64,000 nt of DNA from Octopus bimaculoides (lineage: Eukaryota). Made by a program: the position numbers and the translations under genes. Below, one piece after another: positions 38,796 through 52,756 of this stretch. The DNA is taken from contig NC_068987.1 of NCBI RefSeq assembly GCF_001194135.2, forward strand, positions 54,946,725 through 55,010,724, given 5' to 3'. Position 1 is the first letter of the stretch. Every line of letters starts with the position of its first letter. Below the pieces are notes generated by a model. It ran no database searches. It was given only the letters and a program-made list of their open reading frames with translations, and was not told the DNA's origin.

Positions 38796-40769
38796 TAAGC
38801 ATGATATCACACTGAATTATCTGTAATTCTTTTATAAATGAAATAAAAAATTTTACCAAACACTTTTGAGTCGAATCAATAAATATATATAATAAATGAA
38901 AATATTTGTTTCTCAAATTAATTATTATTTGATGATAATAATAATTTTTTTTAGTGGTCACAGGGACTCAAGCATAACAAAATATGTTACCCAGTAGTTG
39001 AGAATGTACATACCTGTTTGTCGACCTCTAATAAAAGGTGGGTGGAGCAAAAAGTAGTACAACACATTAAAACATGTGTGGCTTCTTGGCAGCAGTTACT
39101 GTAAGGGAAATAATCACTAATAGATAAGTCTTATGTTAATCACATAGAACCCCAAAAAATGGGCACTCACCCAGAAAGGAATGAGATACTGCCAACTTGC
39201 TAGAATTAAGCTTAAAATGCCTCCCCAACACTTTAATTCCCTTACACTCTGATAAATTGAAACATAATATATCTGAAATTGCCCTTGAGTAGTTTTGGCC
39301 CTGGGTGAGATTTGAAACTTCCCACAATCTCTTTGGTAGTTTTTGTTATCTGTTTATATAATGTTGTTGTGGATTTCATCAATAATTTTATTCTTCTGTT
39401 CAATATGTTTGGCTATCATTTCCTATTCAAACCATGCAGTATTATGCTCTCCTTCAGTTTATTCAGTTGCTCCATCAGATTATTATTAGTTCAGATCTCT
39501 AAGGGATACTGGATTCCCTTTCCTCTCCTTCATTTCTTGCTCTCAATGGTTTTTCACTTGTTTCCTGGTTCTATCTCATCATCATCACAGTCAGAAAATG
39601 AGGTAAAACTGCTGCTCATAGCTTCTGGCATGCATTGTGCCTGAATAAAGAATTTTTAGTGCTTTTGGTTCCCTATCTTGTCAGCTCCTGGTACTGGTAA
39701 CAATGAGGATGAAAAGATCTTGTTCACTTTTATGTTAGCTCTGGCTGTTATTGGAGATTTGACTTGTATCATTGGGGAAACAGCCATGATTGTCTTCCTC
39801 TTTTCATTTTGCTTTTTTTTCATCTCTACCCTAGCACTAGGTCAACCAAAGCCTTGTGAGTGAATTTGGTCGACAGAAACTGAAAGCCCTTATATCGGTA
39901 TGTATGTGGTTGTGTGTATGTTTGAGTCTTCTTGTTTTGACATTGTGTGATAGTTGTATCATTCATTTCCAATATTCTGTATAAACATGTTTGACCATAG
40001 GGAAATATTTACGATATAGAAACAGGTGAACACATCCAGTCATGGAAAAATCTTCCTTAACAAACTTTCTGACTCATGCATCCATTGAAAAGTGAACATA
40101 ATGATGATGACATTAAAAAAATCTCTAAGGATCAAATTTCTTTTCCACCCCAGGTATGGGATGGGCATCAAATATTCCAATCCCTTTGTTAGTGAAAGGA
40201 ACCAAGGAAACCTTCAAGCAAGTAATCCTGGATAAAATCAGAGCTTTGTGAAACACAACTGCTCATGGCAAATAGTTATAATTTCTTACTTATGCACAAA
40301 ACCAGAAATTTCTTTATTGACCACGAGACCTCAAACATAAAAAAGTGTTATCCAATAGTTTTACTAAACATGGGGAGAATGTACTTGCCTGTCTGTTGAT
40401 CTCTAATAAAAGGTGGGTAGAGCAAGAATTAGAACAATACATTAAAACACGTGTGGTTTCCTGGCAGCAGTTACTGTAAGGGAAATTATCACTATTAGAT
40501 AAGTCTTATATTAATCTCATAGAACCCCAAAAATGGACAGTTGCTTAATCCTTTTTATACTAATCTGAGAAAACCCTTGGCTTAATGAGATAAACTCCCT
40601 GCTTTAAAGTAATTTTAAATTAAAACCTTTCACCAAAACTTACTGTTAATTTGTGCTCTAAACACTAACTTAATAATAATGACAGTTATTTTAATAAATT
40701 ATTCATTATTTTTGCAATTAATCAAAACAAAGACAGATATATGGTAATGGAATGGTTAAATCAAACTCA

Positions 40770-40955
40770 GTTTGGTGCCACATAAAAAGTATTCAGCCCA
40801 CTCTGTGGATTCGTTGGTATTAAGAAGGGCATCCAACTGTAAAAAGCCATGCCAAAACTGACACAAAAGTAAGGTGCAGGCTTCTGCCTTGCCAGCTCCT
40901 GTCAAATCGTCCAACCCATATCAGCATGGAAGGAGGACATTAAAATGATGACGAT
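40770..40955 (+). mobile_element. SINE family E 3' part (GAAGGGCATCCA...CCAACCCAT...GCATGGAA...TTAAAATGATGA); other copies about 43930-44160 (-), 55300-55530 (+) and 57760-57920 (+)
   Basis: Recurrent within the window; short TGA-type tail. Confidence 0.75.
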
Positions 40956-41625
40956 GAGTTCTTGACTGTATTTTATGTTATCAACTCTGGAAGGATGAAA
41001 GGTAAAGGTTGACCATAGGATTTGAGCTCAGAACATAAAAAGACAGAGCAAATATTGCAATGCTCAAACTATTTTCTCAATCCACTTGTATTAATGTAGT
41101 TCATGTTATAATGAGGAATTCTTAAACATTTTCAATTCTGTAAATTTTTTTTTCCTCTGCTATATCTCAGTTTTAAACATTTTTATTCAGTCTTCATACG
41201 CTCATAAGATCTATTTTCTTTCTTTTTTTTAAAAAAATATTTCACTCCATGCCAACATCTTGAAGTAGATATTTCACCAGAAATGTTACTGACATTGATA
41301 ATTACATATTGTTTGCAATGGATTGACATTTAGGAAATTTTCTTTCATCTTGCACTTCAGCTTTTGTACTCTTTTGCTTCACCTTTTACTCTGTTGCTGT
41401 TCCGTTGCTTGTTTTTAAACCAATCCAACCCATTCTATTCTAAAATGGCAATCTGGATTTAAAATGATAAAATATGTGTTGGGAGGAGAGATGAGTTGTA
41501 AAATGGTGTACTGATTACACTCAAAGTTTGTGCTTTTGTACATTGACTTAAAAAAACGTAAATTTTACCAAGGATGAGAATTGACACTTGTATTTATTTA
41601 ATAAAATAGTATTTATTTAATAATA

Positions 41626-41920
41626 GTGGAGGTGCAATGGCCCAGTGGTGAGGGCAGCGGACTGGCGGTCGGAGGATCGCGGTTTCGATTCCCAGACCGG
41701 GCATTGTGTGTGTTTATTGAGCAAAACACCTAAGTTCCACAAGGCTCCAGCAGGGGGTGGTGGTGATCCCTGTTGTACTCTTTTGCCCCAACTTTCTCTC
41801 ACTCTTTCTTCCTGTTTCTTGAGTAACGCTGCGATGGACTGGCATCCCGTCCAGCTGAAGGGACGGACACATACGCCATGGAAACCGGGCCCATGAGCCT
41901 GGCTAGGCTTTGAAAGGGCG
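41626..41920 (+). mobile_element. SINE family C head with an alternative 3' half
   Basis: Head GGAGGTGCAATGGCCCAGTGGTGAGGGCAGCGGAC; TSD GTATTTATTTAATAA on both sides. Confidence 0.88.
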
Positions 41921-42143
41921 ACGTATGTATTTATTTAATAAAATCCATATGAAATCAACTGTTTGATATATTCATTTGTCAAATACTGACTGAAACACTT
42001 AGTAACAAATTCTATAACCAAGATTACCTTGTTCTTGTGTTTTTTTTAATCTGGTCTTCTGATGTTTTCTGTCTTTAACACTTTTAACATTCCAATTACT
42101 CTACCTAATATAATGCTTATTCATTTATATTGTTTTAACTTAA

Positions 42144-42401
42144 CCCATAAACTGCAATAGGCCACCTCAGTGGCCAACACGACAGTGCGACAGGCCATGG
42201 AAATAGCGCATGATCTGACCTAATTTTGATGACATAATGTATGCACACGATATGCTTTCACCCCAGAAACAGTGTAGCCAATCACAGAAGGTGTTAAGAA
42301 ACACTGAGTATTTTTTTCGAGTGATAGATTGATGTTGATCTTTACCCAAAATAGGCTCAGCAGTTTGTGTTACATACAGCAAAATCCCAGCAGTTTATGG
42401 G
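42144..42401 (+). mobile_element. piggyBac-type MITE family 3, complete
   Basis: TTAA|CCCATAAACTGC ... GCAGTTTATGGG|TTAA, perfect 12-bp TIRs. Confidence 0.9.
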
Positions 42402-44803
42402 TTAAGCATTCATTATCGTGTGGCTTCAACACTTCAATGAAGTGATTGCTTATTTTCAGAATGACATTGTAGGATAGGTGTAAGAGGCTGAATGTAATTG
42501 GTTTGAATTTAAAACAAGTAGAATATTTGGGCCAGAAATAGCTGGTTTAAATGCTAAAGGGTTAATCCCTAGTTTCACAATGTTTCTGTGGAAAAGCATT
42601 GCCTTTGTTTCAGTTAATTTTGAAAATCATTAATCTATTAAAATAAATAATATTTGGAACATAAATTAGCATGAAATTTTGATAGCAGGTTTTAATTTAG
42701 ATCACTTTAAAACAGGGAATTTGTATTGTAGAAATGATGGCATTTTCAGGTAGGTTGAGATCAAACTGGTTATGAGGCCAACATCCCATCTTGTTGCAGA
42801 AATGTCAGGAAACAAGTTGATCTATGACACTGGTACATGACAGCATCCATTAGAGTGATATGGATGAGTGTTGTGCTTGTCAATGAATTTACAGCTGTAT
42901 CTACTAACTGTATCTTTATTTTAATTTGATCAGATTGATTTCCTTATACACACATTCCAAGAGGGCTAATGTATTTGTGTTCAACCCAATTGTAGTTAAC
43001 TATTTATGCAGATGGTTTCAGATTCTGTCATACTGTGCGGTACCTTGAGCAAATCTCTTTTATAATAGCCTTGAGCTGATCAAAGTCTTGTGAGCGACTT
43101 TGGTAGGAGGAACCCTGTCATATGTATGTGTGTGTGTGTGTGTGTTTCTTTGCCTTGACATTACATGATAGTTGTAAACAAGCATCCCTGTCACACATGC
43201 AGTTACTTTTGTTAACAGTCTTCTGTGAAAAAGCTGTTTAGCCATGGGAAAGTATTACGTTGCTTGAAAATTGAAGGTTGGTGACAAGAAGTACAGCTGG
43301 CCATAGAAAATTTTTCTCAATAAATTCCATCTGACTCATGCAAGCATGGAAAAGTGGACATTATTATGACAACGATGGTCAATGTATTTTTGTTATTGTC
43401 TCACTTCATGCCTGATGAATTCATCATATGATCAAAGACTTTTCAGCTGTGAGCATCTACTCACTTTATATATTTAGTACTAAATTGTCCAGGTTGTAAT
43501 TTGAGTGAAATTTAGCTGCTATTTCTCTCTGAACAAGTAACTAGAGATTCTCTCATTGGTTCCATACACTGTGATGTAAAGTAGTTGTGTAATAATATAG
43601 AAGTACTATTACACTGCTACATTAACTAGTACCATACTATGTTATCTTTTACTTCATTTAGCTTCATTCAATGAACTGTGGCCTTGCTGGAGCATCACTT
43701 TGAAGAGTTTAGTTGAACAAATTGAACTCTTCTTTTTAAGTCTGGTATTTATTTATTCTGCTAGTCTCTTTTGCCAAACCACTAATGTGCATAGAATATA
43801 AAGATACCAACACCAGTTGTTAAGCAGTGTTGGAGGGACAAAAAAAAAAACCAACTTTTTTTACATATATGTGCATGTTAACTGATGATGTTGTCTGTCT
43901 GTCTGTTTCTCTATCTCTATCTATCTGCATTTGACGTCCGTTTCCCAGGCTGGCTTGGGTTAAATAGTTTGGTCAAAGCTGGAGAGCCGCACCAGGCTCC
44001 AGTCTGATTTGACATGGTTTCTATGCCTGGATGCCCTTCCTAATGCCATCCGCTTTACAGTGTGCCCTGGCTGCTTCTACATGTTTCCAGCACAAGCACT
44101 TTTATGTGGCACTGACATGAGTTTTTTTTTATGTGGTACCAGCACAGGACTTTAGCTGGCTAAATTTCCATCCACCAAGTTTTCCCAAAATGCATTATTT
44201 GGTCCAGAACTACATTCCAAGACACTTGCCAAATGTCTCACACAGTGGGAATGAACCTGAAGCCATATGGCTACCAAAGCAATCTTCTTAACCACACAGC
44301 CTTGCCTGTGCTTATACTAATAATGTGTAATTGTATAGGAGTAAATTATAATTTAATGTAAGTACTAGGTGTGGTTTCAGTGTTTTCATACCTCCATAAG
44401 CAATGCGTTGCCAAAAAACATATAATGAGCCAAACAAAAACGACTTTCATTATTTTGTTATATCAAACCATCCTGGTTTCAAATCCTATTAGGATCAATT
44501 TTGCCTTGCATCTTATCTCTACAGACCATGTAAAGCAACTAATAGTAATGTTCTAGGATTTGATTCACTAGACTAAGACTACACATTCCTTTTCTCTCAC
44601 TATGTGGCGTTGTGAAATAGATGCATATTGATATTTTTATGCTTCAAATGGGTATTTGTTTATATTACGCTTGAATTCTGAAGCTATAGACACAGGTGTA
44701 TATGTGGTGGTGGTGATATGGCTGCTATTACTAGCAGTTTTGATGACCATGTAGAAACTTTCTTGTTGGTTTTGATGTTGACCAACTGAAATCTCATATT
44801 GTC

Positions 44804-44997
44804 TCTTTTACTTGTTTCAGTCATTTGACTGCGGCCATGCTGGAGCACCACCTTTAGTCGAGCATATCGACCCCAGGACTTATTCTTTGTAAGCCTAGTA
44901 CTTGTTCTATCGGTCTCTTTTTGCCGAACCACTAAGTTACGGGGATGTAAACACACCAACATCGATTGTCAAGCGATGATGGAGGACAAACACACAC

Positions 44998-45028
<31 letters not shown>

Positions 45029-45177
45029 CGACAGGCTTCTTTCAGTTTCCGTCTACCAAATCCACTCACAAGGCTTTGGTCAGCCCGAGGCTACAGTAGA
45101 TGACACTTGCCCAAGGTGGGACTGAACCCGAAACTATATGGTTGGTAAGCAAGCTACTTAGCACACAGCCACTCCTG
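44804..45177 (-). mobile_element. Young full-length SINE family A, followed by a minus-strand SINE D (about 45190-45350)
   Basis: Close to consensus, CpGs retained. Confidence 0.92.
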
Positions 45178-45940
45178 TTGTTAGTAATTCTAATTTTGAG
45201 GAGAGAGGGGAAGCAAGTTGATTACATCAACCCCAGTGTTTGGTTGCTACTTTATTTTATTGATCCCCAGAGGGATGAAAGGCAGTGTTGACTTTAGCAG
45301 GAATGAACTCAGAATGCATAGAGCTGGAAGGAATAGTGCTAAGCATTTTTTGTCCAGTAGTCTAATAACTGTCACCTCAAAACAAATGACCTTTGTCCAA
45401 GGAACCAAATAATTGGACAGAGCCCAGGAACTTTGTGGTTGCAATTAATGTTACAATTTATAATAAATACAAGTAAACAGGGACTGAAGTTTGCTTTGTA
45501 ACAATGCAGTTTCAGGTTTGATTCCACATCACAGAACCTTGTAGACAAAGTTTTGTTCATTTTCCTTTCAATTCATTTAGTCATATATTTTTCCAAGACC
45601 TTTGCGATTGGGGAGAAGAGAAAGTTATCCTTAGATCAGAGACTTAGCCTCAGTGTATGCAGCAAAGTGGACACTGCTGAATGCATCCAAGAATCACATA
45701 GTGAAGGTGGTGGTGGTGTTAAACTTGACAGCAGATCAATTCTACAAGTAAAAAAAAAAAAAAATATGAATAGCCCATCTGATGTGCATCTGTACCATAT
45801 CTATCTACAATACACTCATTTGGTGTTCCTTGTTGAGTGCAGTGACACAGTTGTCAATGGAGATAAACTCATGAAAACTCATAACACCCACCCACACATA
45901 CGTGCATATGTATATACATGTATGTGAATATATATACATA

Positions 45941-45979
<39 letters not shown>

Positions 45980-45982
<3 letters not shown>

Positions 45983-46105
45983 ATGTAGGTACATATATAT
46001 TCATATGCATATATTGTGTATGTATATATGTTTGTGTGTGTGTGTGTGTGTATATATATATGTAGGTACATATATATATGCATGTTTATATTCATATGCA
46101 TATAT

Positions 46106-46136
<31 letters not shown>

Positions 46137-46383
46137 GTCTGTAGGTACATATATATGCATGTATATATTCATATGCATATATTGTGTGTATATGTATCTA
46201 TATATATGTAGGTACATATATATATGCATGTATATATTCATATGCATATATTGTGTATGTGTGTGTATATATGTTGGTATGTGTAGGTACATATTTATGC
46301 AAGTATATATTCATATGCATATATTGTGTATGTATATATGTATGTAGGTACATATATATGCATGTATATATTCATATGCATAT

Positions 46384-46455
<72 letters not shown>

Positions 46456-46460
46456 CATAT
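45980..46460. repeat. Compound minisatellite, unit about 45-60 bp (ATGTAGGTACATATATATGCATGTATATATTCATATGCATATATTGTGT...)
   Basis: The anchor GTAGGTACATAT recurs about 6 times, separated by variable (TG)/(TA) runs. Confidence 0.85.
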
Positions 46461-47309
46461 ATATGGTGTGATACACACATAAACAGTAATAGTTTTTGTT
46501 TTGCACTTGTTCTCCATGGATTAAACAAATTGACTTGACCCTGATGAGTAGATGCTACCTCTGTCAAACATTATGTGAGTGAGATATTCTTAAGATGTGT
46601 TTGTCGGTAATCCTTTAATCCATTGCCAGTTTGTTATAGCAGATATTATGTCAGAACGTCATTTCTATTATTGTTTTGATTCTGTTCAGCTTAAAAAATT
46701 TTTTTTCTTTGTTGTGTCAAGTAGACAGTTGTCATGTTGAAAGTGTGGTGCAGAGATAAGTTTTTTTTGCAGTTAGTTATCACTATATATATATATATAT
46801 ATATNNNNNNNNNNNNNNNNNNNNNNNNNNNNNNNNNNNNNNNNNNNNNNNNNNNNNNNNNNNNNNNNNNNNNNNNNNNNNNNNNNNNNNNNNNNNNNNN
46901 NNNNNNNNNNNNNNNNNNNNNNNNNNNNNNNNNNNNNNNNNNNNNNNNNNNNNNNNNNNNNNNNNNNNNNNNNNNNNNNNNNNNNNNNNNNNNNNNNNNN
47001 NNNNNNNNNNNNNNNNNNNNNNNNNNNNNNNNNNNNNNNNNNNNNNNNNNNNNNNNNNNNNNNNNNNNNNNNNNNNNNNNNNNNNNNNNNNNNNNNNNNN
47101 NNNNNNNNNNNNNNNNNNNNNNNNNNNNNNNNNNNNNNNNNNNNNNNNNNNNNNNNNNNNNNNNNNNNNNNNNNNNNNNNNNNNNNNNNNNNNNNNNNNN
47201 NNNNNNNNNNNNNNNNNNNNNNNNNNNNNNNNNNNNNNNNNNNNNNNNNNNNNNNNNNNNNNNNNNNNNNNNNNNNNNNNNNNNNNNNNNNNNNNNNNNN
47301 NNNNNNNNT

Positions 47310-48107
47310 TATTCATTCACATTGATTTGCTATTGATCATGCATTATCTTGTAGCTTTGAGATTTCAATGATGCGATTGTTTATTTTTAGAATGACATTG
47401 TAGGGTAGACATGAGGAGATGGATCTGGCAGGTTTGTATGTAACATAAACAGGTAGAATATTTGAGCTGAATATGGTCAGTATAAATACTAAAGTGTTAA
47501 CCTGTTTTTAGCATATTTTTCTTGAAATACACTTTTTATTTAATCTGATTTTAATAAAATAATGAAGGATTTAGTAAAATAATTCTATCATTTTTAGTCA
47601 TTTTTAGTCATTTTATCATTCAGATTATTCTGTCCAGTGCAATGCTTATTTATTGACATTGTTTTGAATTAATCATGCATTATTTCATAGGTTCAAGATT
47701 TTGATATTGGGGTAGTTTATTTTAGAATGGACATTGCATGGTAGGTGTGAGGGGCCAGATCTTGAGTGTTTGAACATAAAACATGTAGAATATTTGGGCC
47801 GGATATCGCTGGTTTGAATGCTGAAGAGTTAAACTGATGTCTGAAGCAAATCATTATGAAATTTTAATCTAGATTACTTTAATACTAATGCATTTAGATT
47901 ACTCTGTCGAATATGATGCTTATTTATTCACATTTTGTTTTGAGATAATCATGCATTGTCTCATAGCTTTGAAATTTCAATGATGTGATTGTTTATATTT
48001 AGAATGACATTGTAGAGTAGGTGTGAGAGGCTAGATCTAGCTAGTTTGAACATAAAACAGGTAGAATATTTGGGCTGTATATGGTTAGTTTGAATGCTAA
48101 AGGTTTA
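47310..48107 (+). mobile_element. Three clustered copies of piggyBac-type MITE family 1
   Basis: The same body occurs three times, ending near 47500, 47832 and 48107 in variants of ATGCTAAAGGGTTAA. Confidence 0.85.
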
Positions 48108-48290
48108 AATCAGGAAGATTGTATCATGGTACCAGAGGCAGTCTCGTGGAAGTTGATATCAAAAAGGTTACCCATTTTTTGACAATGTTTTTAATCTGCT
48201 CTACATACGAATTAATTTTTCAAATTGTTGGTTAAGGCATTTGTATTTCTGTTGGTTAAAGCATTTGTATTTCTGGTAATTGTTGATTAA

Positions 48291-48675
48291 GTGGAGGCAC
48301 AATGGCCCAGTGGTTAGGGCAGCGGACTCGCAGTCATAGGATCGCGGTTTCGATTCCTAGATCGGGTGTTGTGAGTGTTTATTGAGCGAAAACACCTAAA
48401 GCTCCACGAGGCTCCGGCAGGGGATGGTGGCGAACCCTGCTGTACTCCTTCACCAAAACTTTCTCTCACTCTTACTTCCTGTTTCTGTTATGCCTGTAAT
48501 TCAAAGGGTCAGCCTTGTCACACTGTGTCACGCTGAATATCCCCGAGAACTACGTTAAGGGTACACGTGTCTGTGGAGTGCTCAGCCACTTGCACGTTAA
48601 TTTCACGAGCAAGCTGTTCCATTGATCCGATCAACTGGAACCCTCAACGTCGTAAGCGACGGAGTGCCAACAACG
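48291..48675 (+). mobile_element. Full-length SINE family C
   Basis: tRNA-like head, (CAA)n tail, 12-bp TSD ATTGTTGATTAA. Confidence 0.93.
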
Positions 48676-49409
48676 ATTGTTGATTAACTCAGGTCATGAA
48701 GAATGGCATTCCAATGGAAAACATACTATCTTTTATTCAAATATTTTATTCAATGTACATTTCATTTTTAAGATAGTACTGTATGATTTGAGGGAGAGTA
48801 ACATGCTATTTTTAGCAAGCTGAGTGATTATGTAGAAGCTCATAGTAGTGGCAGTAGGTTGATAAAACAGGCTCAGATTAGATTCTGAGATTAAGATTAG
48901 CTGCATTTATATTGGAAATATTTTCCAGTTTTATCAACTTGCCACATATCACATACATCTGTGCAGAACTGGAAATCATACCTTTATCCTCAATATTCCT
49001 TAATATTTCTTCTAAGATATACATATAATCATAATTACTATATGGAAGTTGTGTGGATTTTTTAAAAAGTAATTATTTTCTGGATTTCTAGATATACTAC
49101 TTCAGTTAATCTAACTTCCATCTTTGGTGAGATGAAATCCTAAAACATACACACACATACTTTTTTTCATGTAATTCCCTTACATAAATAAATATGTATC
49201 AACATAGTTTTAACATCCACTTTTCCATGCTTGCACAGGTTGTATGTTGTTTATCGAGGTAAATTTTCTAGGCTTGGATGCACTTCTTATCACCAACTGT
49301 TACCCGTTTCTAAGCAAGGTAATATTTTCTTATGGCTAGACATGTTCTGATAGAATATTGCAAATAAATGACATTCATTTATAATAATGCGATATCATGA
49401 CAAGGAGAT

Positions 49410-49744
49410 ACATGCATGCATACATACATACATACACACATACTTGCAAACATATGCACACACAGTTGTAAACATGCACACACACATTTGCAAATATGCA
49501 TGAATTTGCAAACATGTGCACACAATTTTCAAACATATGCACACACACTTGCAAACACATGCACACACACTCACAAATGTACACACATGCAAAAATACAT
49601 ACACACTCGCTTGCTCACAAACACACTCACTTGCAAACACAAACTCGCAAACACACGCACTCACTCACTCGCAGGCGCACACTCACTCGCAGGTGCACTC
49701 ACTCATAAGCGCATTCACTTGCAAACATACATACATGCTCACAA

Positions 49745-49793
<49 letters not shown>

Positions 49794-49880
49794 AACGCAC
49801 ACACGCACAAATGTATACATACCCACACCCATACACACTCGCAAACCTACATACGCACACATACACACACCCGCCTGAAA
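49410..49880. repeat. Degenerate (TTGCAAACATATGCACACAC)-type minisatellite merged with (CA)n
   Basis: Direct reading. Confidence 0.75.
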
Positions 49881-50464
49881 ACATACGTTTCCTTGTCTCG
49901 ACAAGCCTAGTTGTAAACGAGCATCAGTGTCATGCAAGTGACATCTTTCATTTCTAGTCTTCTGTGAAAACGTGTCTTGGTCATAGGGAAATATCTTGCT
50001 TAGAAAATAGTTGTGGGTTGGTGACAAGAAGGGCATCTGACAGAAAATCTGACTTGTGCAAGTATGGAAATATGGACATTAAAATGATGGAGATTGTGAT
50101 GGTCTTGTCAATAACAGTTTCTTCACACTTGATAATGTTCTCTTTTCAAGACTTGTCTAAATGAACATGAATTATCGATTAATAAAAGAACAAAGGAAAG
50201 CAAGTGTTAAATATTTTAACTTTTGTTACCAAGAACAACGATAATGGAACTCAAGACGCTTGTTTGTTAACAGAATAATTTAATACTCAACAAGTTCAAT
50301 ACTGAAATTTCACTAGTCTTCTTATCTAAAGTGTTACTATTATAACATTGTCTTTGTGGTTCTCACTAAGATATATAAATGAGGCAATGGACTACAGTAA
50401 TTATTGCAGGTTCAGGATATATATCATCAATGACAGATAAGCAATAGAGATGCTTGTTTTTTTT

Positions 50465-51318
50465 TGCTTGTTTTAGTCATTGGACTGCGGCCATGCTGGG
50501 GCATTGTTTTAAAGGGTTCAGTTGAACGTATCACCTCTAGTACTTGTTTTTAAGGTCTGATACTTATTCTGTTGGTCACTTTTACCAAACCACTAAGTCA
50601 TTGGGACATAAACAAACCAATACCAGTTGTCAAGTGGTTCGTGCATTGTGGGGTGGGACACACACACACACACATGACAAGCTTGTTTTAGTTTCCATCT
50701 ACCAAATACACTCAAAGGTTTGGTTGACTCAAGGCTATAGTAGAAAGCTTTTTCCTGAAGTGCCACTCAGTGGGACTGAACCCAGAATCATATGGTTGAG
50801 GAGTAAACTTCTTACAACACAGTCACACTTAATATGTGGTTTCCTGCTACAAATAATGGCCAAATTTGTCTTGCGTCTTATTGATACAGTGTATGGTGTG
50901 GTTTTAAATACCATGTATAGAAGAAAGAAATGGAAAAAATGGTTGGTCAGGCTTAGGTTAAATACTTCTGATCATAGGTTTACTTGCTCAAGTTTGATCT
51001 TAAGGTCAACCAAACTATTGCTGTGGCATCTACCGTATTTTTCTGCAAAGATGAGTCGATGAAGAAGCCCTCGCGCATTTGTTCAGCTTGTTAGAAGTAG
51101 TTCTCTCTCAAATTACTGCCTCCTAACTGTCTTACAAAATCAAATAGTATAGTCTTAGATACGCTAAAATAAATAATATATATAAAAATAAGTTACGACG
51201 GGCTTCTTTCCGTTTCCGTCTACTAAATCCACTCACAAGTCTTTGGTCGGCCCGAGGCTATAATAGAAGTCACTTGCCCAAGGTGCCACGCAGTGGGACT
51301 GAACCTGGAACCATGTGG
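50465..51318 (-). mobile_element. SINE family A copies (50465-50825 and 51190-51318)
   Basis: Reverse-complement matches. Confidence 0.8.
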
Positions 51319-52245
51319 TTTTTTTTTTTTTTTTTTTAATGTGTCATAATAGTTGTAGATAGTGCCGTTTCATGCTTGTTATGGGCTGCTCAGTACAACA
51401 TTACATGGGATCATGAAAGTGGTTGAGCTATAGTCATTTGAAGCCTTTTAGAATTCTACACAATCAATTTTCTTTTNNNNNNNNNNNNNNNNNNNNNNNN
51501 NNNNNNNNNNNNNNNNNNNNNNNNNNNNNNNNNNNNNNNNNNNNNNNNNNNNNNNNNNNNNNNNNNNNNNNNNNNNNNNNNNNNNNNNNNNNNNNNNNNN
51601 NNNNNNNNNNNNNNNNNNNNNNNNNNNNNNNNNNNNNNNNNNNNNNNNNNNNNNNNNNNNNNNNNNNNNNNNNNNNNNNNNNNNNNNNNNNNNNNNNNNN
51701 NNNNNNNNNNNNNNNNNNNNNNNNNNNNNNNNNNNNNNNNNNNNNNNNNNNNNNNNNNNNNNNNNNNNNNNNNNNNNNNNNNNNNNNNNNNNNNNNNNNN
51801 NNNNNNNNNNNNNNNNNNNNNNNNNNNNNNNNNNNNNNNNNNNNNNNNNNNNNNNNNNNNNNNNNNNNNNNNNNNNNNNNNNNNNNNNNNNNNNNNNNNN
51901 NNNNNNNNNNNNNNNNNNNNNNNNNNNNNNNNNNNNNNNNNNNNNNNNNNNNNNNNNNNNNNNNNNNNNNNNNNNNNNNNNNNNNNNNNNNNNNNNNNNN
52001 NNNNNNNNNNNNNNNNNNNNNNNNNNNNNNNNNNNNNNNNNNNNNNNNNNNNNNNNNNNTTTTTTTTTTAGCATATAATTTTGTTTCTTTATCTAGATTT
52101 CTCAAATGAAAGCTTGCATATCAACAATGTGTTTTTTTCACCTTCTACAGTTGAGAAGTAAATAAAGCGGCTTGCACTAAAATATTGGTTCATTATGATT
52201 CAAAAGTCACAGAAGGCTTGAATGATAAATGTCTGGATATGCATC

Positions 52246-52278
<33 letters not shown>

Positions 52279-52287
52279 CTCTCTCTT

Positions 52288-52333
<46 letters not shown>

Positions 52334-52337
<4 letters not shown>

Positions 52338-52756
52338 GTAAGAAGTTTGCTTCCCAGCCTTATGGTTCTGGGTTTAGTCCCTTTGTAAGGCACCTTTGGC
52401 AAGTGCCTTCTGCTATAGACCCTGATCGACCATAGCTTTGTGAGTAGGTTTGGTAGACAGAAGCTGAAAGGAGCCACATGCATGCGTACACAGATATGTG
52501 TATGTGTGTGATTATGTATGTGTGTGTGTTACTGTTTCCTTGTCTTGACAGAGTGCGATAGTTGTAAAATGAGTGTCACTGGCATACAAATAGCATCATT
52601 CATTTCCGATCCTCCATGAAAACTTGTCTGGCTATGGGGAAATATTACCTTATTTGGAACTGGTGAAGGTTGGCAACAGGAGGAGCATCCAGCCATAGAA
52701 AATTTGCCTCAGTGAATTCTATCCAATGCATGCAAGCATGGAAAAGAGGACATTAA
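52334..52756 (+). mobile_element. SINE family B whose tail TTAA is occupied by a MITE
   Basis: Tail ...GGAAAAGAGGACATTAA runs directly into the MITE family 2 left end. Confidence 0.8.

Noticed and set aside
41626-41705. tRNA-like sequences (also 11069, 48291, 57338)
   Set aside because: They continue into conserved SINE bodies with tails and TSDs, so they are SINE heads, not tRNA genes.
46541-46590. CTGATGA followed by a small hairpin (third hammerhead?)
   Set aside because: No GAAA directly after stem II, G at the cleavage position and no stem I; the same applies to CTGATGA near 43406.
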